Assembly: GCA_965116925.1 (NCBI GenBank)
Contig: OZ220744.1
Coordinates: forward strand, 5,696,001-5,760,000
Direction: 5' to 3'
Source: Candidatus Poribacteria bacterium
GTDB taxonomy: Bacteria; Poribacteria; WGA-4E; PCPOR2b
Length of the DNA stretch: 64,000 nucleotides
A program made the translations under genes and the position numbers. Numbering within the stretch: position 1 is the first letter of the stretch; each line of letters starts with the position of its first letter. Of this stretch, positions 10,388 to 19,717 are shown piece by piece. A model generated the notes under the pieces. That model had not been told where the DNA came from. It made no database searches and saw nothing but the letters and a program-made list of their open reading frames with translations.

Positions 10388-11545
10388 TTAAGCAGTCGTT
10401 TCGGTGCCGACAATCTCCCCTGCCCGCACAGTGAGAATTGGCTCCCAACACCCTCCGGGCCGCTCTAGACCTTTGACATCTTGTAGTGGCAGTGCATCTT
10501 GATTGAAACGCAACACGGCAAGATCTGCACAGGCACCGGGTGCCAATGTTCCAACCTCTCCGGACAACCCAAGAAATTCAGCGGGACGCACCGTCACCCG
10601 CGCCAAGGCATCCGCTTCGGTCATGCCGGCGGCGAGCAGCTTGGAAAGGGTGCGGGGCAGATCGTGTTGTGGATTGCTGTCCACATGCCGAATATATTGG
10701 TCCGTTGAGATAGTGTCCGGGAGGAATCCGTTCGCGATTGCTACCTCTGCCACATCGAAGTGGAAGGAATTCATGCCGTGTCCGATATCGAACAGTATTC
10801 CCCTCTCACGAGCCTCCCAAACTTCATCCTTGATACGTCCATCTTTGACTACACAATCGAGATTGCTCTGAAAACAGTAGGTGATTACATCTCCGGGACG
10901 TAATAGTTCCAGTTGTTCTGCGAAAGGAAAATCTGGTTCTCGCCGCGTGCCAAAGAGCAGCGGACGATCCGTTTGATTGCCGGCTGCTAAGGCGTGGTTC
11001 AGAATTTCACGGGGATCATTATCGCCGGCGCAGGATTTGGCGATGTTGGCGGCAATTCCCCAGATTGCTTCACCCCCATCTTCGATTGCTGCCACACAGG
11101 CGTCCACATCCACATCGTCCAGATTCTCGAAACAACCCTTCGTCGGTATCGATTCCCCTGTAACGGAGAGATTGATAGCCAGTCGGACGCGTGTCCGTGC
11201 ACCCTCGATGATAGATTCACGGTATTGGGACCAATTGCCGGCACCCGCATCCCCTTGAGAAAGCACGGTCGTCACTCCACGGGGAAGGAAGTGAACGTCA
11301 GGATCGACAGCGTACTTTGAGCCTTCACGTGCGGGATGGGCGTGCATATCCACCAATCCCGGCAGCAGCATGGCATCGGGGAAATCCAGTGTCTCCCGCG
11401 CATCTCCGTCAATCTGATCGCCGGCAGCGACGACGCTATCACCGCGAACCGCGACTGCGCCCGGACCATCTAGCCCAGTTGCCGGGCAGACAACGCGCCC
11501 GGCACGGACGAGGAGATCGTAGGCGTGGGTATCAGTACTAGACAT
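10388..11545 (-). CDS. Amidohydrolase/deacetylase (dihydroorotase-like superfamily)
   Basis: PGLVDMHAH, DIGHG, TISTD, G.LAPGACADL. Confidence 0.85.
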   Translation of the reverse strand: MSSTDTHAYDLLVRAGRVVCPATGLDGPGAVAVRGDSVVAAGDQIDGDARETLDFPDAMLLPGLVDMHAHPAREGSKYAVDPDVHFLPRGVTTVLSQGDAGAGNWSQYRESIIEGARTRVRLAINLSVTGESIPTKGCFENLDDVDVDACVAAIEDGGEAIWGIAANIAKSCAGDNDPREILNHALAAGNQTDRPLLFGTRREPDFPFAEQLELLRPGDVITYCFQSNLDCVVKDGRIKDEVWEARERGILFDIGHGMNSFHFDVAEVAIANGFLPDTISTDQYIRHVDSNPQHDLPRTLSKLLAAGMTEADALARVTVRPAEFLGLSGEVGTLAPGACADLAVLRFNQDALPLQDVKGLERPGGCWEPILTVRAGEIVGTETTA

Positions 11546-11572
11546 AATTATTCCTCCTGTTGTTCACTACGA

Positions 11573-12904
11573 TCACTTGATAGCGCGTCCTACTGCCTCT
11601 ATCAACCCGTCTACATGGCGAGTCTCAGTCGGCAGCGAGATCGCGTTCATGGATAACCCATGGCTCAGGAAATAACCTTCTGCTAACAGCGCGAGGAAAA
11701 CGCGATGCGCCATCGCCTTGTCGGTGCGGGCGAGGTTGCGATAGTTGACGAGGTCTTCGCTGGTAAAGTGAATGCTAAACACGGAGCCGGTGTTGACCGC
11801 TTTCGCTGCGATATTTTCACGGGCAAACAGTTCGTTCAATCCAGCAGTCAACTGATCAGCTAATCCGTTCAGGTGGTCGAAAGCTTCAGGGGTGAGTTGT
11901 TTTAAGGTCGCCAAACCGGCTGCCATTGTGATGGGGTGTGCGCTGAATGTGCCGCTCTGGAAGAAACCGGTACTGCCGCGTGTACCGTCTAGCAAGTCCA
12001 TAATATCCGCCCGTCCACCAAATGCACCGACAGGAAAACCGCCGCCGACAACCTTGCCATAGGCAGTCAAATCGGGCGTAACGCCGTAGTATTCCTGCAA
12101 CCCACTTGTCCCCACTCGAAAACCGACAATTTCGTCCAGAATAAAGAGTAGGTCGTTCTTCCGTGCTATCTCCTCGACGAACTGCACGAACTCTTTACGC
12201 TGCGGCACGATGCCCGCTTTGGTATCGAAAATAATGCACGCCAACTCATCACGGTGCTGCGTGATAAGGCGTTCGACCGAGGCTTCATCGTTGAAGGGGA
12301 GGACGATGACCTCCTCTGCCGCGTGTGGAGACATCCCGCCTGCTGAAGGGACAGGATTGGGAGCCGTTTCAGATCCCACTTTGTCCAAGGATGGAGCAGA
12401 ACTGATTTCGACGACATCGTGACTACCGTGATAGCCGCCTTCAAACTTGGCGATTTTAGTCCGTCCACTGACGCCGCGCGCTAGTCGTATAGCGTGTAAC
12501 GTCGCCTCGGTGCCGGAGTTGCAGAATCGGATCCGATCTAGGGATGTCACCCGTTGACACATCTCCTCGCACAATTCCGCTTCGATGCCCACCGGTGCAC
12601 CTAACGCAATACCCTTCGCCATCTGTTTCTGGATAGCGTCTATGACTGCTGGGTGATTGTGTCCTAGTACCTGCGCCGTGTGATGATTCGCAAAATCCAC
12701 GTATCGTTGCCCTTCGACATCGTACAGATAGCACCCCTCGCCACGCGCCATTGTGAGGGGATACGGTTGATGAAAGTAAGCACCTTTCGCTCCACCGGGC
12801 ATCGTTTTTCGTGCCTGCTCAAAGAGCTCCTGCGAGCGTGGGGTGCGCCCCCGATAGTCTTCCTCTAGTGTAGCCGTGACATCTTTGGTTGTTTCGTTTT
12901 CCAT
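11573..12904 (-). CDS. Class III aminotransferase (GSA-aminomutase-like paralog)
   Basis: CNSGTEAT, FEGGYHG, LDEIVGFR, YGKVVGGGFPVG; start at ATG 12904 after AAGGAG. Confidence 0.85.
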   Translation of the reverse strand: MENETTKDVTATLEEDYRGRTPRSQELFEQARKTMPGGAKGAYFHQPYPLTMARGEGCYLYDVEGQRYVDFANHHTAQVLGHNHPAVIDAIQKQMAKGIALGAPVGIEAELCEEMCQRVTSLDRIRFCNSGTEATLHAIRLARGVSGRTKIAKFEGGYHGSHDVVEISSAPSLDKVGSETAPNPVPSAGGMSPHAAEEVIVLPFNDEASVERLITQHRDELACIIFDTKAGIVPQRKEFVQFVEEIARKNDLLFILDEIVGFRVGTSGLQEYYGVTPDLTAYGKVVGGGFPVGAFGGRADIMDLLDGTRGSTGFFQSGTFSAHPITMAAGLATLKQLTPEAFDHLNGLADQLTAGLNELFARENIAAKAVNTGSVFSIHFTSEDLVNYRNLARTDKAMAHRVFLALLAEGYFLSHGLSMNAISLPTETRHVDGLIEAVGRAIK

Positions 12905-12944
12905 TGCAATCTCCTTTTCCGTATTGTTGTACAAGCTTTGAAAT

Positions 12945-13853
12945 TTAATTCTCAAAAAGTCGATTCCAGTCGTGATGTGATCGTGCAACGCGCTCAGGCT
13001 GCTCGTGGCTGCGGGCAACAAAACCGGGGACATTATCACGTCCTGTTGGAAGCCCGATTTGGCAATACCGTGTATCAAGGCTCCACCTAACGGTATCCGA
13101 TCTGTTCGGAATTGACCGATGTACCAACCGTTCCGTTGTCATCAGGACATCGCCCACATCAACTTCCCCAGCCACAACCTCGCAGGGTGGCAGGTCAGCG
13201 TCGGGGATACCTTTTCCTCCCTTATGACCCGGCGTCGAGATGAGACGGCTATGTGGCAGCAGTCCCAGACGATGTGAACCCCGCATCACCTCCATACACC
13301 CGTTAGCGACTGTGGCATTCACAAGCGGAATCCAGAAATTGGCAACCAACGTATTCCCGGCTTCCTCCGGCCTCAAGTATGCCAGATCTTGATGCCAAGG
13401 GATGACCGTTAGATCTTGATCGGGCAGTTTGGCGCGGCAGCTGAATTGCGGGTGCGCTAGAATTTCGGGTCCCATCAACGACTCAGCGACATCTAGCAGT
13501 GCAGGAGCTGTTCTTAGCGCAAACATCCCAGCACTCATCGGCTTTTGACTGGAAAAGTACTGATGCCAAACCCAATCCGGTTCGGTGCAGGCTTTGCACA
13601 CCTGTGCCAGGCGGGTTTCAAAGGGGGCATCGTCAAACCTATTTTCTGGATCGAGTACCCCCTGCTTTACTGCTTCGCCCGTCGCTTCATTGACTCGCTG
13701 CGCTAGTTCATCAATCAACGGTTGAACCGATTCGTGTGGGAGTAAATCACGGATAATCAGAAAGCCGTCGTCCTTGAACTGTTGGATCTGCTGGGGTGTG
13801 AGTCCATTTTTCACGGTTGACGTTTCAGTTGAAACGGAGTCTTTTGGAACCAT
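12945..13853 (-). CDS. Phytanoyl-CoA dioxygenase (PhyH) family Fe/2OG enzyme
   Basis: PWHQD, NGCMEVMRGSH, VHRS..NRS..VRWS. Confidence 0.9.
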   Translation of the reverse strand: MVPKDSVSTETSTVKNGLTPQQIQQFKDDGFLIIRDLLPHESVQPLIDELAQRVNEATGEAVKQGVLDPENRFDDAPFETRLAQVCKACTEPDWVWHQYFSSQKPMSAGMFALRTAPALLDVAESLMGPEILAHPQFSCRAKLPDQDLTVIPWHQDLAYLRPEEAGNTLVANFWIPLVNATVANGCMEVMRGSHRLGLLPHSRLISTPGHKGGKGIPDADLPPCEVVAGEVDVGDVLMTTERLVHRSIPNRSDTVRWSLDTRYCQIGLPTGRDNVPGFVARSHEQPERVARSHHDWNRLFEN

Positions 13854-14021
13854 AGATCTCCTCCAATCGGCTCAAATCAGTTGACATTTGAGTGTCGAGA
13901 TATGAATCTCGACCTACAGGTTATCTGCTTATTCTTGTTGGCTCATATAAAAAGAAAGTGCAAAGCACGAAGAGAAACCGAGTTTTCAAGAAAAAACTCG
14001 GTTTCTTCGCACTAAATCTTA

Positions 14022-14908
14022 GAACCTGTTTGAAAAAGAAAAATCCTACTCAAAAGTTAATGTTTATGTTAAATCATTGGTGCAGTAAAATACTGACCTA
14101 ATGAAAGGCATACACATGACCTCAACGAAGTATCCTACTGATTTGACCGATGCCCAGTGGAACAACCTGTTCCCCTATTTGCCAGAACCTTCCCCCATAG
14201 GTAGACCTCTCAAATGGGAGATGCGCTCCATTATCAACGCTATTTTTTATATAGTCAAATCAGGGTGTCAGTGGCGAATGCTACCCCATCAAATGCCACC
14301 GTGGCAAACGGTCTATTCCCACTTCAGAAAGTGGCAAGCCGATGGCACATGGGTTATGATTCATCAAGCACTTCACCAGCAAACTCGTTGTGATATTGGC
14401 AAAGCACCCTCACCGACAGTAGCTATCATTGACAGCCAATCGGTCAAGACGACTGAACTGGCAGACACGAGAGGGTTTGATGCACATAAGAAAGTCAAAG
14501 GTCGTAAACGCCATATAGTCACTGATACCATTGGCATTCCATTGGGAATCAAGGTCACTGATGCCAATGTCAGTGATAATCGAGTCGCAATAGAGTTGCT
14601 AAAGGAAGTCTTTGATTGGCAGATAACGATTCAGTTAGTTTGTGCCGATGCTGGCTATCGCGGAGAATTAGGCGACTGGCTTTATTTGACGCATCAGTGT
14701 CAATTGGACATTGCCCCATCTTTTAGACAATCGGGGTTTGTGGTTGTTCCGTTGCGTTGGATTGTGGAACGCACCTTTTCTTGGTTCGGGCGGTTTCGTC
14801 GACTGACTTTGGACTATGAACGCTCTGCTGAGACTGCTGAAGCTATGGTATACATTGCTTCTATTTACTTGATGCAAAACCGTATCAAATGACTTTTAAA
14901 ACAGGCTC
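14022..14908 (+). mobile_element. IS5-family insertion sequence (887 bp)
   Basis: TIRs GAACCTGTTTGAAAA / TTTTAAAACAGGCTC (13/15 match); TTA duplication at 14019-14021 and 14909-14911. Confidence 0.9.
14101..14892 (+). CDS. IS5-family DDE transposase
   Basis: YPTDLTDAQW, IIDSQSVK, ADAGY, RWIVERTFSW. Confidence 0.95.
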   Translation: MKGIHMTSTKYPTDLTDAQWNNLFPYLPEPSPIGRPLKWEMRSIINAIFYIVKSGCQWRMLPHQMPPWQTVYSHFRKWQADGTWVMIHQALHQQTRCDIGKAPSPTVAIIDSQSVKTTELADTRGFDAHKKVKGRKRHIVTDTIGIPLGIKVTDANVSDNRVAIELLKEVFDWQITIQLVCADAGYRGELGDWLYLTHQCQLDIAPSFRQSGFVVVPLRWIVERTFSWFGRFRRLTLDYERSAETAEAMVYIASIYLMQNRIK

Positions 14909-14943
14909 TTAACATGAGCGTTCTTGTTTTCCTAACCAGTGCG

Positions 14944-16380
14944 CTACCTTTGCTGGAATTGCCGTTGTCGGACTTCGTGCCAGTCTTCTGGCAGCGGATG
15001 GAACGCATTTTCTCCACAAGACCCCGGCTCGATCTTGGCGGCATGACCCAAACCTGTAACTTGGAAGCGTGTCCCGTCAAGTTCCGGTAGGACATATCGG
15101 CTGAACCATGATGCGAGTTGTTGACGCATCTCCTTCACCAACGCACTCTTCGATTTCTCGTCTACAAGGTTTTTCCGTTCGTCTGGATCATTTACCAAAT
15201 CATAGAGTTCATGGGGACCGTAAGGATAGCGGTGGACATACTTCCACTCCTGCGTCCGAATCATCCGGACGGGACCGTATTCGTCAAAGATGACAACTTC
15301 CTCCTGTGCATCATCCGTTTCGCCGAGCAAAGCCGGTTGGAAACTTCGTCCGGGGCGCAATGGATCTGTTGGTGTTTCCAAGCCGAGATAGTCAAGCAGG
15401 GTCGGCATGAAATCGTACTGACTCGCCATCGCTTCAGTAACGCGCCCTTGTGGAAGCCCTCCGGGGTGGCTCATAATAAAGGGGACTTTGACGGAGTTCT
15501 CGTACATATTCAGCGGAAAAGTGCCATTCCCTTTGTGCCAAAAGCCGTGATGCCCGCAGGAGTAGCCGTTGTCGCTGCTGAAGACGACGAGTGTGTCTTC
15601 CCGCAAACCGAGCCCCTCAAGTTTCTCCAGAATGCGCCCGACGTTCAGATCCATCGCGGTAATCGCCGCAAAGTAGCCCTTCAATGATTCCCGGTTTCCC
15701 AGATGTATACGAGCACCGGGAGTTGCCCACGGGTGTGCTGCCTCTTGGGGACAGGTTTTGAATGGACAATCGTCGTAAGAGTCCACAATATCCTGTGGGT
15801 GTCCGTCGAAGGGTGTGTGCGGTGCGTTGTAATGGACGCTGAGATAGAACGGTTGATCTTTGTTACCCTCAATGAACTGCAAAGCGTCATCCGTGATGAT
15901 ATCGGTAACGTAGCCGGGCTGCACCTCCACAACCCCGTCCCGAATCATTTCTGCGTCGTTATATTTACTACCGCCGAGTGGCATCGCAAACCAGTGGCTA
16001 AAGCCGTGCTGTGGGGTCATGCTATCGCCGAGATGCCACTTCCCACTGAGTCCGACGGTGTAGCCGTTGGCACCGAGCACATCGGTATAGCACGTCAAAC
16101 CTTCAAGATACTTCGCGGAGGTCGGTGGCATATTCCCATCTCGAATCCAGTCGTGCACACCGTGCGCTGACGGAATCCGCCCGGTCATTAGGCTAGCGCG
16201 TGCCGGGGAACAGACGGGAGAGGTACAGAAGAAGTTTTCAAAGCGAACACCTGTCTCTGCCAGTCGGTCTATGTTTGGGGTGCGAACTTCATCGTTTCCA
16301 CAGCAGCCCGCCGCCCAAGGTCCCTGATCATCGGTTAAAATAAAGATTACATTGGGTTGACGGCTATTGGAATCAGCCAT
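14944..16380 (-). CDS. Sulfatase (formylglycine-dependent)
   Basis: PNVIFILTDD, CSPAR, GKWH, SSDNG. Confidence 0.9.
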   Translation of the reverse strand: MADSNSRQPNVIFILTDDQGPWAAGCCGNDEVRTPNIDRLAETGVRFENFFCTSPVCSPARASLMTGRIPSAHGVHDWIRDGNMPPTSAKYLEGLTCYTDVLGANGYTVGLSGKWHLGDSMTPQHGFSHWFAMPLGGSKYNDAEMIRDGVVEVQPGYVTDIITDDALQFIEGNKDQPFYLSVHYNAPHTPFDGHPQDIVDSYDDCPFKTCPQEAAHPWATPGARIHLGNRESLKGYFAAITAMDLNVGRILEKLEGLGLREDTLVVFSSDNGYSCGHHGFWHKGNGTFPLNMYENSVKVPFIMSHPGGLPQGRVTEAMASQYDFMPTLLDYLGLETPTDPLRPGRSFQPALLGETDDAQEEVVIFDEYGPVRMIRTQEWKYVHRYPYGPHELYDLVNDPDERKNLVDEKSKSALVKEMRQQLASWFSRYVLPELDGTRFQVTGLGHAAKIEPGSCGENAFHPLPEDWHEVRQRQFQQR

Positions 16381-16409
16381 AAATTTTACTCCTTTTCCCG
16401 GATAAAATT

Positions 16410-16546
16410 AACCGCAGAGACGCAGAGGTCACAGAGAAAAATTAGAGGAAGCGAGGGAGCGAGTATCCTCCACACCTCTCCCGATCCTCGGAACGGGACA
16501 CGCTATCACTCTAAGAAAACTCTGCGTTCTCCGCGCCTCTGTGGTA
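16410..16546. repeat. Intergenic long inverted repeat (ACCGCAGAG...CTCTGTGGT)
   Basis: Imperfect ~26-nt arms between the two sulfatase genes. Confidence 0.6.
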
Positions 16547-16568
16547 AGTTATCAATTCAAACGTTTTA

Positions 16569-18035
16569 TTACATCGGTCCAATGCGTCGAGGTCCTCGGT
16601 CCATCGCCAGCATCGAAGCATCATAGCTTCGTTTCATCAAGTCCACCTTGAGGCTTTGTGCATCCGGCGCATCCCACAGGTTTTCAAACTCCCCCGGATC
16701 CGCTTCAAGGTCGTAGAGCTCTCCGTGCGCGTGACCGTGGTACATCACCAGTTTATATTGCCTATCCCGGTACATCGTGGCAAAGGTGCCGTCCGGCTGA
16801 TCTAAGGCATCGTAGAATTCGCAGCGGACGAAATCTCGGTGATAATCGGGAGCAGCTTCCCCCTGAAGTATTGGCAGCAGCGATATGCCTTGCATACGGT
16901 CGGGGATCTCTAAACCAGCCAACTCCAGCAGGGTCGGTGTCTTATCGAGTAGTCCGACCAACGCATCGCTTCTCAAACCCTGCTCAAAATGCCCAGGGAA
17001 AGAAAAAATGAGCGGCACACGGACTAGTCCTTCGTAGAATCGACACCCCTTCTGAATCAGTCCGTGATCGCCGAGCATTTCCCCGTGATCACTGGTGAAG
17101 ATAATCATCGTCTGTTCACGCTGTCCGGTGTCTTCCAGTGTCTCCAAGATACGTCCCAACACATCGTCAATTAGCTTGATCATGGCGTAATATGCCGCTT
17201 GCAGGGTTTTGGCATCGCGGCCGCCCACTGAAGCGACTTCAGCCATCCCCGGAGACTGGGGGACGATCGGGCTGCGGATATCCAGTTCCTCTGGCGGTCG
17301 TCCCTTCGACTGGAAATCAACCGCTTCCAGCTTCCGCTGCTGTTCCAGATCACTCTCCCGGAAAAGGGGCCCCGGCATATCTGCTGGATTAAACATATCC
17401 CTATAAGTTTTGGGCGGATTGAAGGGTGGATGGGGGTCGTAGATATTGACACTTGCTAACCACGGTGTGTCCCGTTCCTGTCGAATAAATTCGATCGTCT
17501 TTTCCGCGCACCACGTGGTTTGATGGAGTTCAGCGGGCACACCGTCGATGCTTTTGGTCAATTCCCCCAGAATATGCCCTTTGGATCGCACCCAGTCCGC
17601 GTAGTCGTGTCCTGTTTCCCAGTCATCGCGGGGTGCATGGCTGTATTGCCAATATCGGTATCCATCGTTCACGCGGGGTTCGATGCGACGGTGAGCACTA
17701 GCGAGGTGCAGCTTGCCGATCAACCCACAGTCGTAGCCAGCGTCTGCGAGAAGACGGGTTACAAGCGGTGGACTATCCGGGAAGTATTCGTTGCCGTTTC
17801 CGTTGACGTGCACCGCACTTGGATACATGCCTGTGAGGAAACTCCCCCGGCTAGGTGTACAGATTGGGCTTTGGCAGTAGGCGTGGGTAAAAGTGACGCC
17901 TTCCTCGACTAATTGATTGATGTTTGGGGTTGAGACATAACGATTACCTAACGCCCCAATGGTGTCGTAACGTTGTTGGTCCGTACAGATCCAGAGGATG
18001 TTCGGACGCAGATTTTGGTCGCTGTTTGTAGCCAT
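16569..18035 (-). CDS. Sulfatase (choline/aryl-sulfatase-like)
   Basis: PNILWICTDQ, CTPSR, GKLH, TSDHG; start inferred at ATG 18035. Confidence 0.9.
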   Translation of the reverse strand: MATNSDQNLRPNILWICTDQQRYDTIGALGNRYVSTPNINQLVEEGVTFTHAYCQSPICTPSRGSFLTGMYPSAVHVNGNGNEYFPDSPPLVTRLLADAGYDCGLIGKLHLASAHRRIEPRVNDGYRYWQYSHAPRDDWETGHDYADWVRSKGHILGELTKSIDGVPAELHQTTWCAEKTIEFIRQERDTPWLASVNIYDPHPPFNPPKTYRDMFNPADMPGPLFRESDLEQQRKLEAVDFQSKGRPPEELDIRSPIVPQSPGMAEVASVGGRDAKTLQAAYYAMIKLIDDVLGRILETLEDTGQREQTMIIFTSDHGEMLGDHGLIQKGCRFYEGLVRVPLIFSFPGHFEQGLRSDALVGLLDKTPTLLELAGLEIPDRMQGISLLPILQGEAAPDYHRDFVRCEFYDALDQPDGTFATMYRDRQYKLVMYHGHAHGELYDLEADPGEFENLWDAPDAQSLKVDLMKRSYDASMLAMDRGPRRIGPM

Positions 18036-18129
18036 GTTGAACCTCTTCAAAAATGAGAGCGTTGTTTGATAGATAGTTTTGTGGTATAATTACCCTAGCG
18101 ATGAGTGGTGATTCCACATTGCACTCCTC

Positions 18130-18244
18130 ATGGGTTTTAAGAAATTAAACGGGTAATTCTATATTTCCCCAGACCCGGTAGGTGCGGTTTCCAACCGCAC
18201 CGGACATCGCTCGGAAATTACCCAATTAATAAATTAATCTTCAT
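18130..18244. repeat. MITE-like shell with REP-like hairpin cargo
   Basis: GGGTAATT...AATTACCC inverted arms around GTAGGTGCGGTTTCCAACCGCACC. Confidence 0.5.
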
Positions 18245-18422
18245 CTGGAGTGCAGGGATTAACACTATTGCCGTTCTATAAACATATCGCTCCTCTGGAG
18301 CGAAAGGTAGAGTACTTTAGTTTTAACAGAAAATTGATAGATTTTCAACACATGGCAACTTGGGTTGAAGTGAACGGGTACGCCCACCTATTTGGACGAA
18401 AAACCAAAGGGGGTGATTTCCG

Positions 18423-18614
18423 ATGAGGAAGTTCACCGATGCTGAAAAACAGCAACTGCAAGCCAAGATAAAAAATGAGCGAGAACGGCAATATCAAGCA
18501 GTTAAGAAAATTGTCCGAAAGAATGACAATGAGGAACGAAATAGAATACTGTCTCTACTGTTTTTCTGGGAGTTCTCCAGTTTCTGGGACTTCTTCTTTT
18601 TTTGGAGCGATTGA
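18423..18614 (+). CDS. Small hypothetical protein
   Basis: GGGGGTG RBS; charged N-terminus, aromatic C-terminus. Confidence 0.4.
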   Translation: MRKFTDAEKQQLQAKIKNERERQYQAVKKIVRKNDNEERNRILSLLFFWEFSSFWDFFFFWSD

Positions 18615-18637
18615 TGTACTCCTGCCCCATGTCCTCC

Positions 18638-19624
18638 CTACAGATCTTGCATCGGCAAGATGACCTTAATTTTTTCCTTCGCTGAACGGTAGGTCGCTAA
18701 AACGACCTCAACAGCATGACGGCCGCCTCTGCCATCGATCAGGGGTGTTTTATCTTCGCGGATACAGTCAACAAAATGGGTCAGTTCACCGACGACACCG
18801 TGAGGTCCCGTGCGGTCAGGAGTGAGCGTTTGCCAATCTGATTCGCCAATCTTCTTGAGGTACGCAATGTCGGCTCCCATATCGAGCCGTAGCGAGCCTT
18901 TCGATCCGTCAATGATGGTTTCGTTTGTGCCGCGTGCACCCATGAACCCACCCCATCGCAATATGCCTACCGCGTTCGTATCGTATCGAATGAGCGAAAC
19001 GGTGTAATCTTCCCAATCATCGTGCCCGGAGAAGCTGCCCACTTCCGCTGCAACCGTCAGAGCAGTTCCACCATACCAGTTTATAAGATCGGATTTGTGG
19101 ATTCCGTTTTCCAGCAGCCCCCCGACACTCCCGTACCACGTTGATGGACGTTCCCGCGGACCCCGGTAGGGACCGCTATAATCTGTTTCGATATAGGTCA
19201 CATCTCCAATCTCACCGTCATCAATTAACTGTCTGCCAAGGATATGCACCGGGTAGAAACGGAGCACCTGCCCCACCATCAGGTGTGTTCCCGCTTTGTC
19301 CGCAGCGTCAATCATCGCGTCCGCATCGCTGAGGGTGAGGGATAGGGGTTTTTCGCAAAAGGCGTGGACACCTGCTTCCGCTGCTGCAACGACAACCTCC
19401 CCATGTGCCACCGGCGGCGTTGCAACCACAACGCCATCCACGATTTCTAGCAGTTCGCGGTAATCTTGAAACGCACGGATTTGGTGCTGCTCTGCGATAG
19501 CTTGCGCTGCCTCCAACCGGAGGTCTGCAACACCGACAAATTCACAATTTTCAACTTGAGGTAGCGAATTGCAATGGCCCCCGCCCATGCCGCCTGTACC
19601 GATAACGCCAATACGTGTTGCCAT
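18638..19624 (-). CDS. Gfo/Idh/MocA oxidoreductase
   Basis: IGVIGTGGMG, CEKPL, GGLLENGIH. Confidence 0.9.
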   Translation of the reverse strand: MATRIGVIGTGGMGGGHCNSLPQVENCEFVGVADLRLEAAQAIAEQHQIRAFQDYRELLEIVDGVVVATPPVAHGEVVVAAAEAGVHAFCEKPLSLTLSDADAMIDAADKAGTHLMVGQVLRFYPVHILGRQLIDDGEIGDVTYIETDYSGPYRGPRERPSTWYGSVGGLLENGIHKSDLINWYGGTALTVAAEVGSFSGHDDWEDYTVSLIRYDTNAVGILRWGGFMGARGTNETIIDGSKGSLRLDMGADIAYLKKIGESDWQTLTPDRTGPHGVVGELTHFVDCIREDKTPLIDGRGGRHAVEVVLATYRSAKEKIKVILPMQDL

Positions 19625-19717
19625 CCAGACCTCCTTTAGGTGTGGAAACCTAAGTTTTTGAAGTTCATTAGTTCATTGGTTCACTCGTTCATTAATGAAT
19701 CCCTGACCATTTACGCA

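Larger units (their letters stand above)
13940..14920. mobile_element. MITE family A copy interrupted by IS5
   Basis: GGCTCATAT...CATGAGCG ends with 8-bp direct repeat TTCTTGTT (13932-13939 / 14921-14928). Confidence 0.8.

Noticed and set aside
12905..13078. N-terminal extension of the aminotransferase ORF
   Set aside because: It overlaps the PhyH gene; a good RBS precedes ATG 12904
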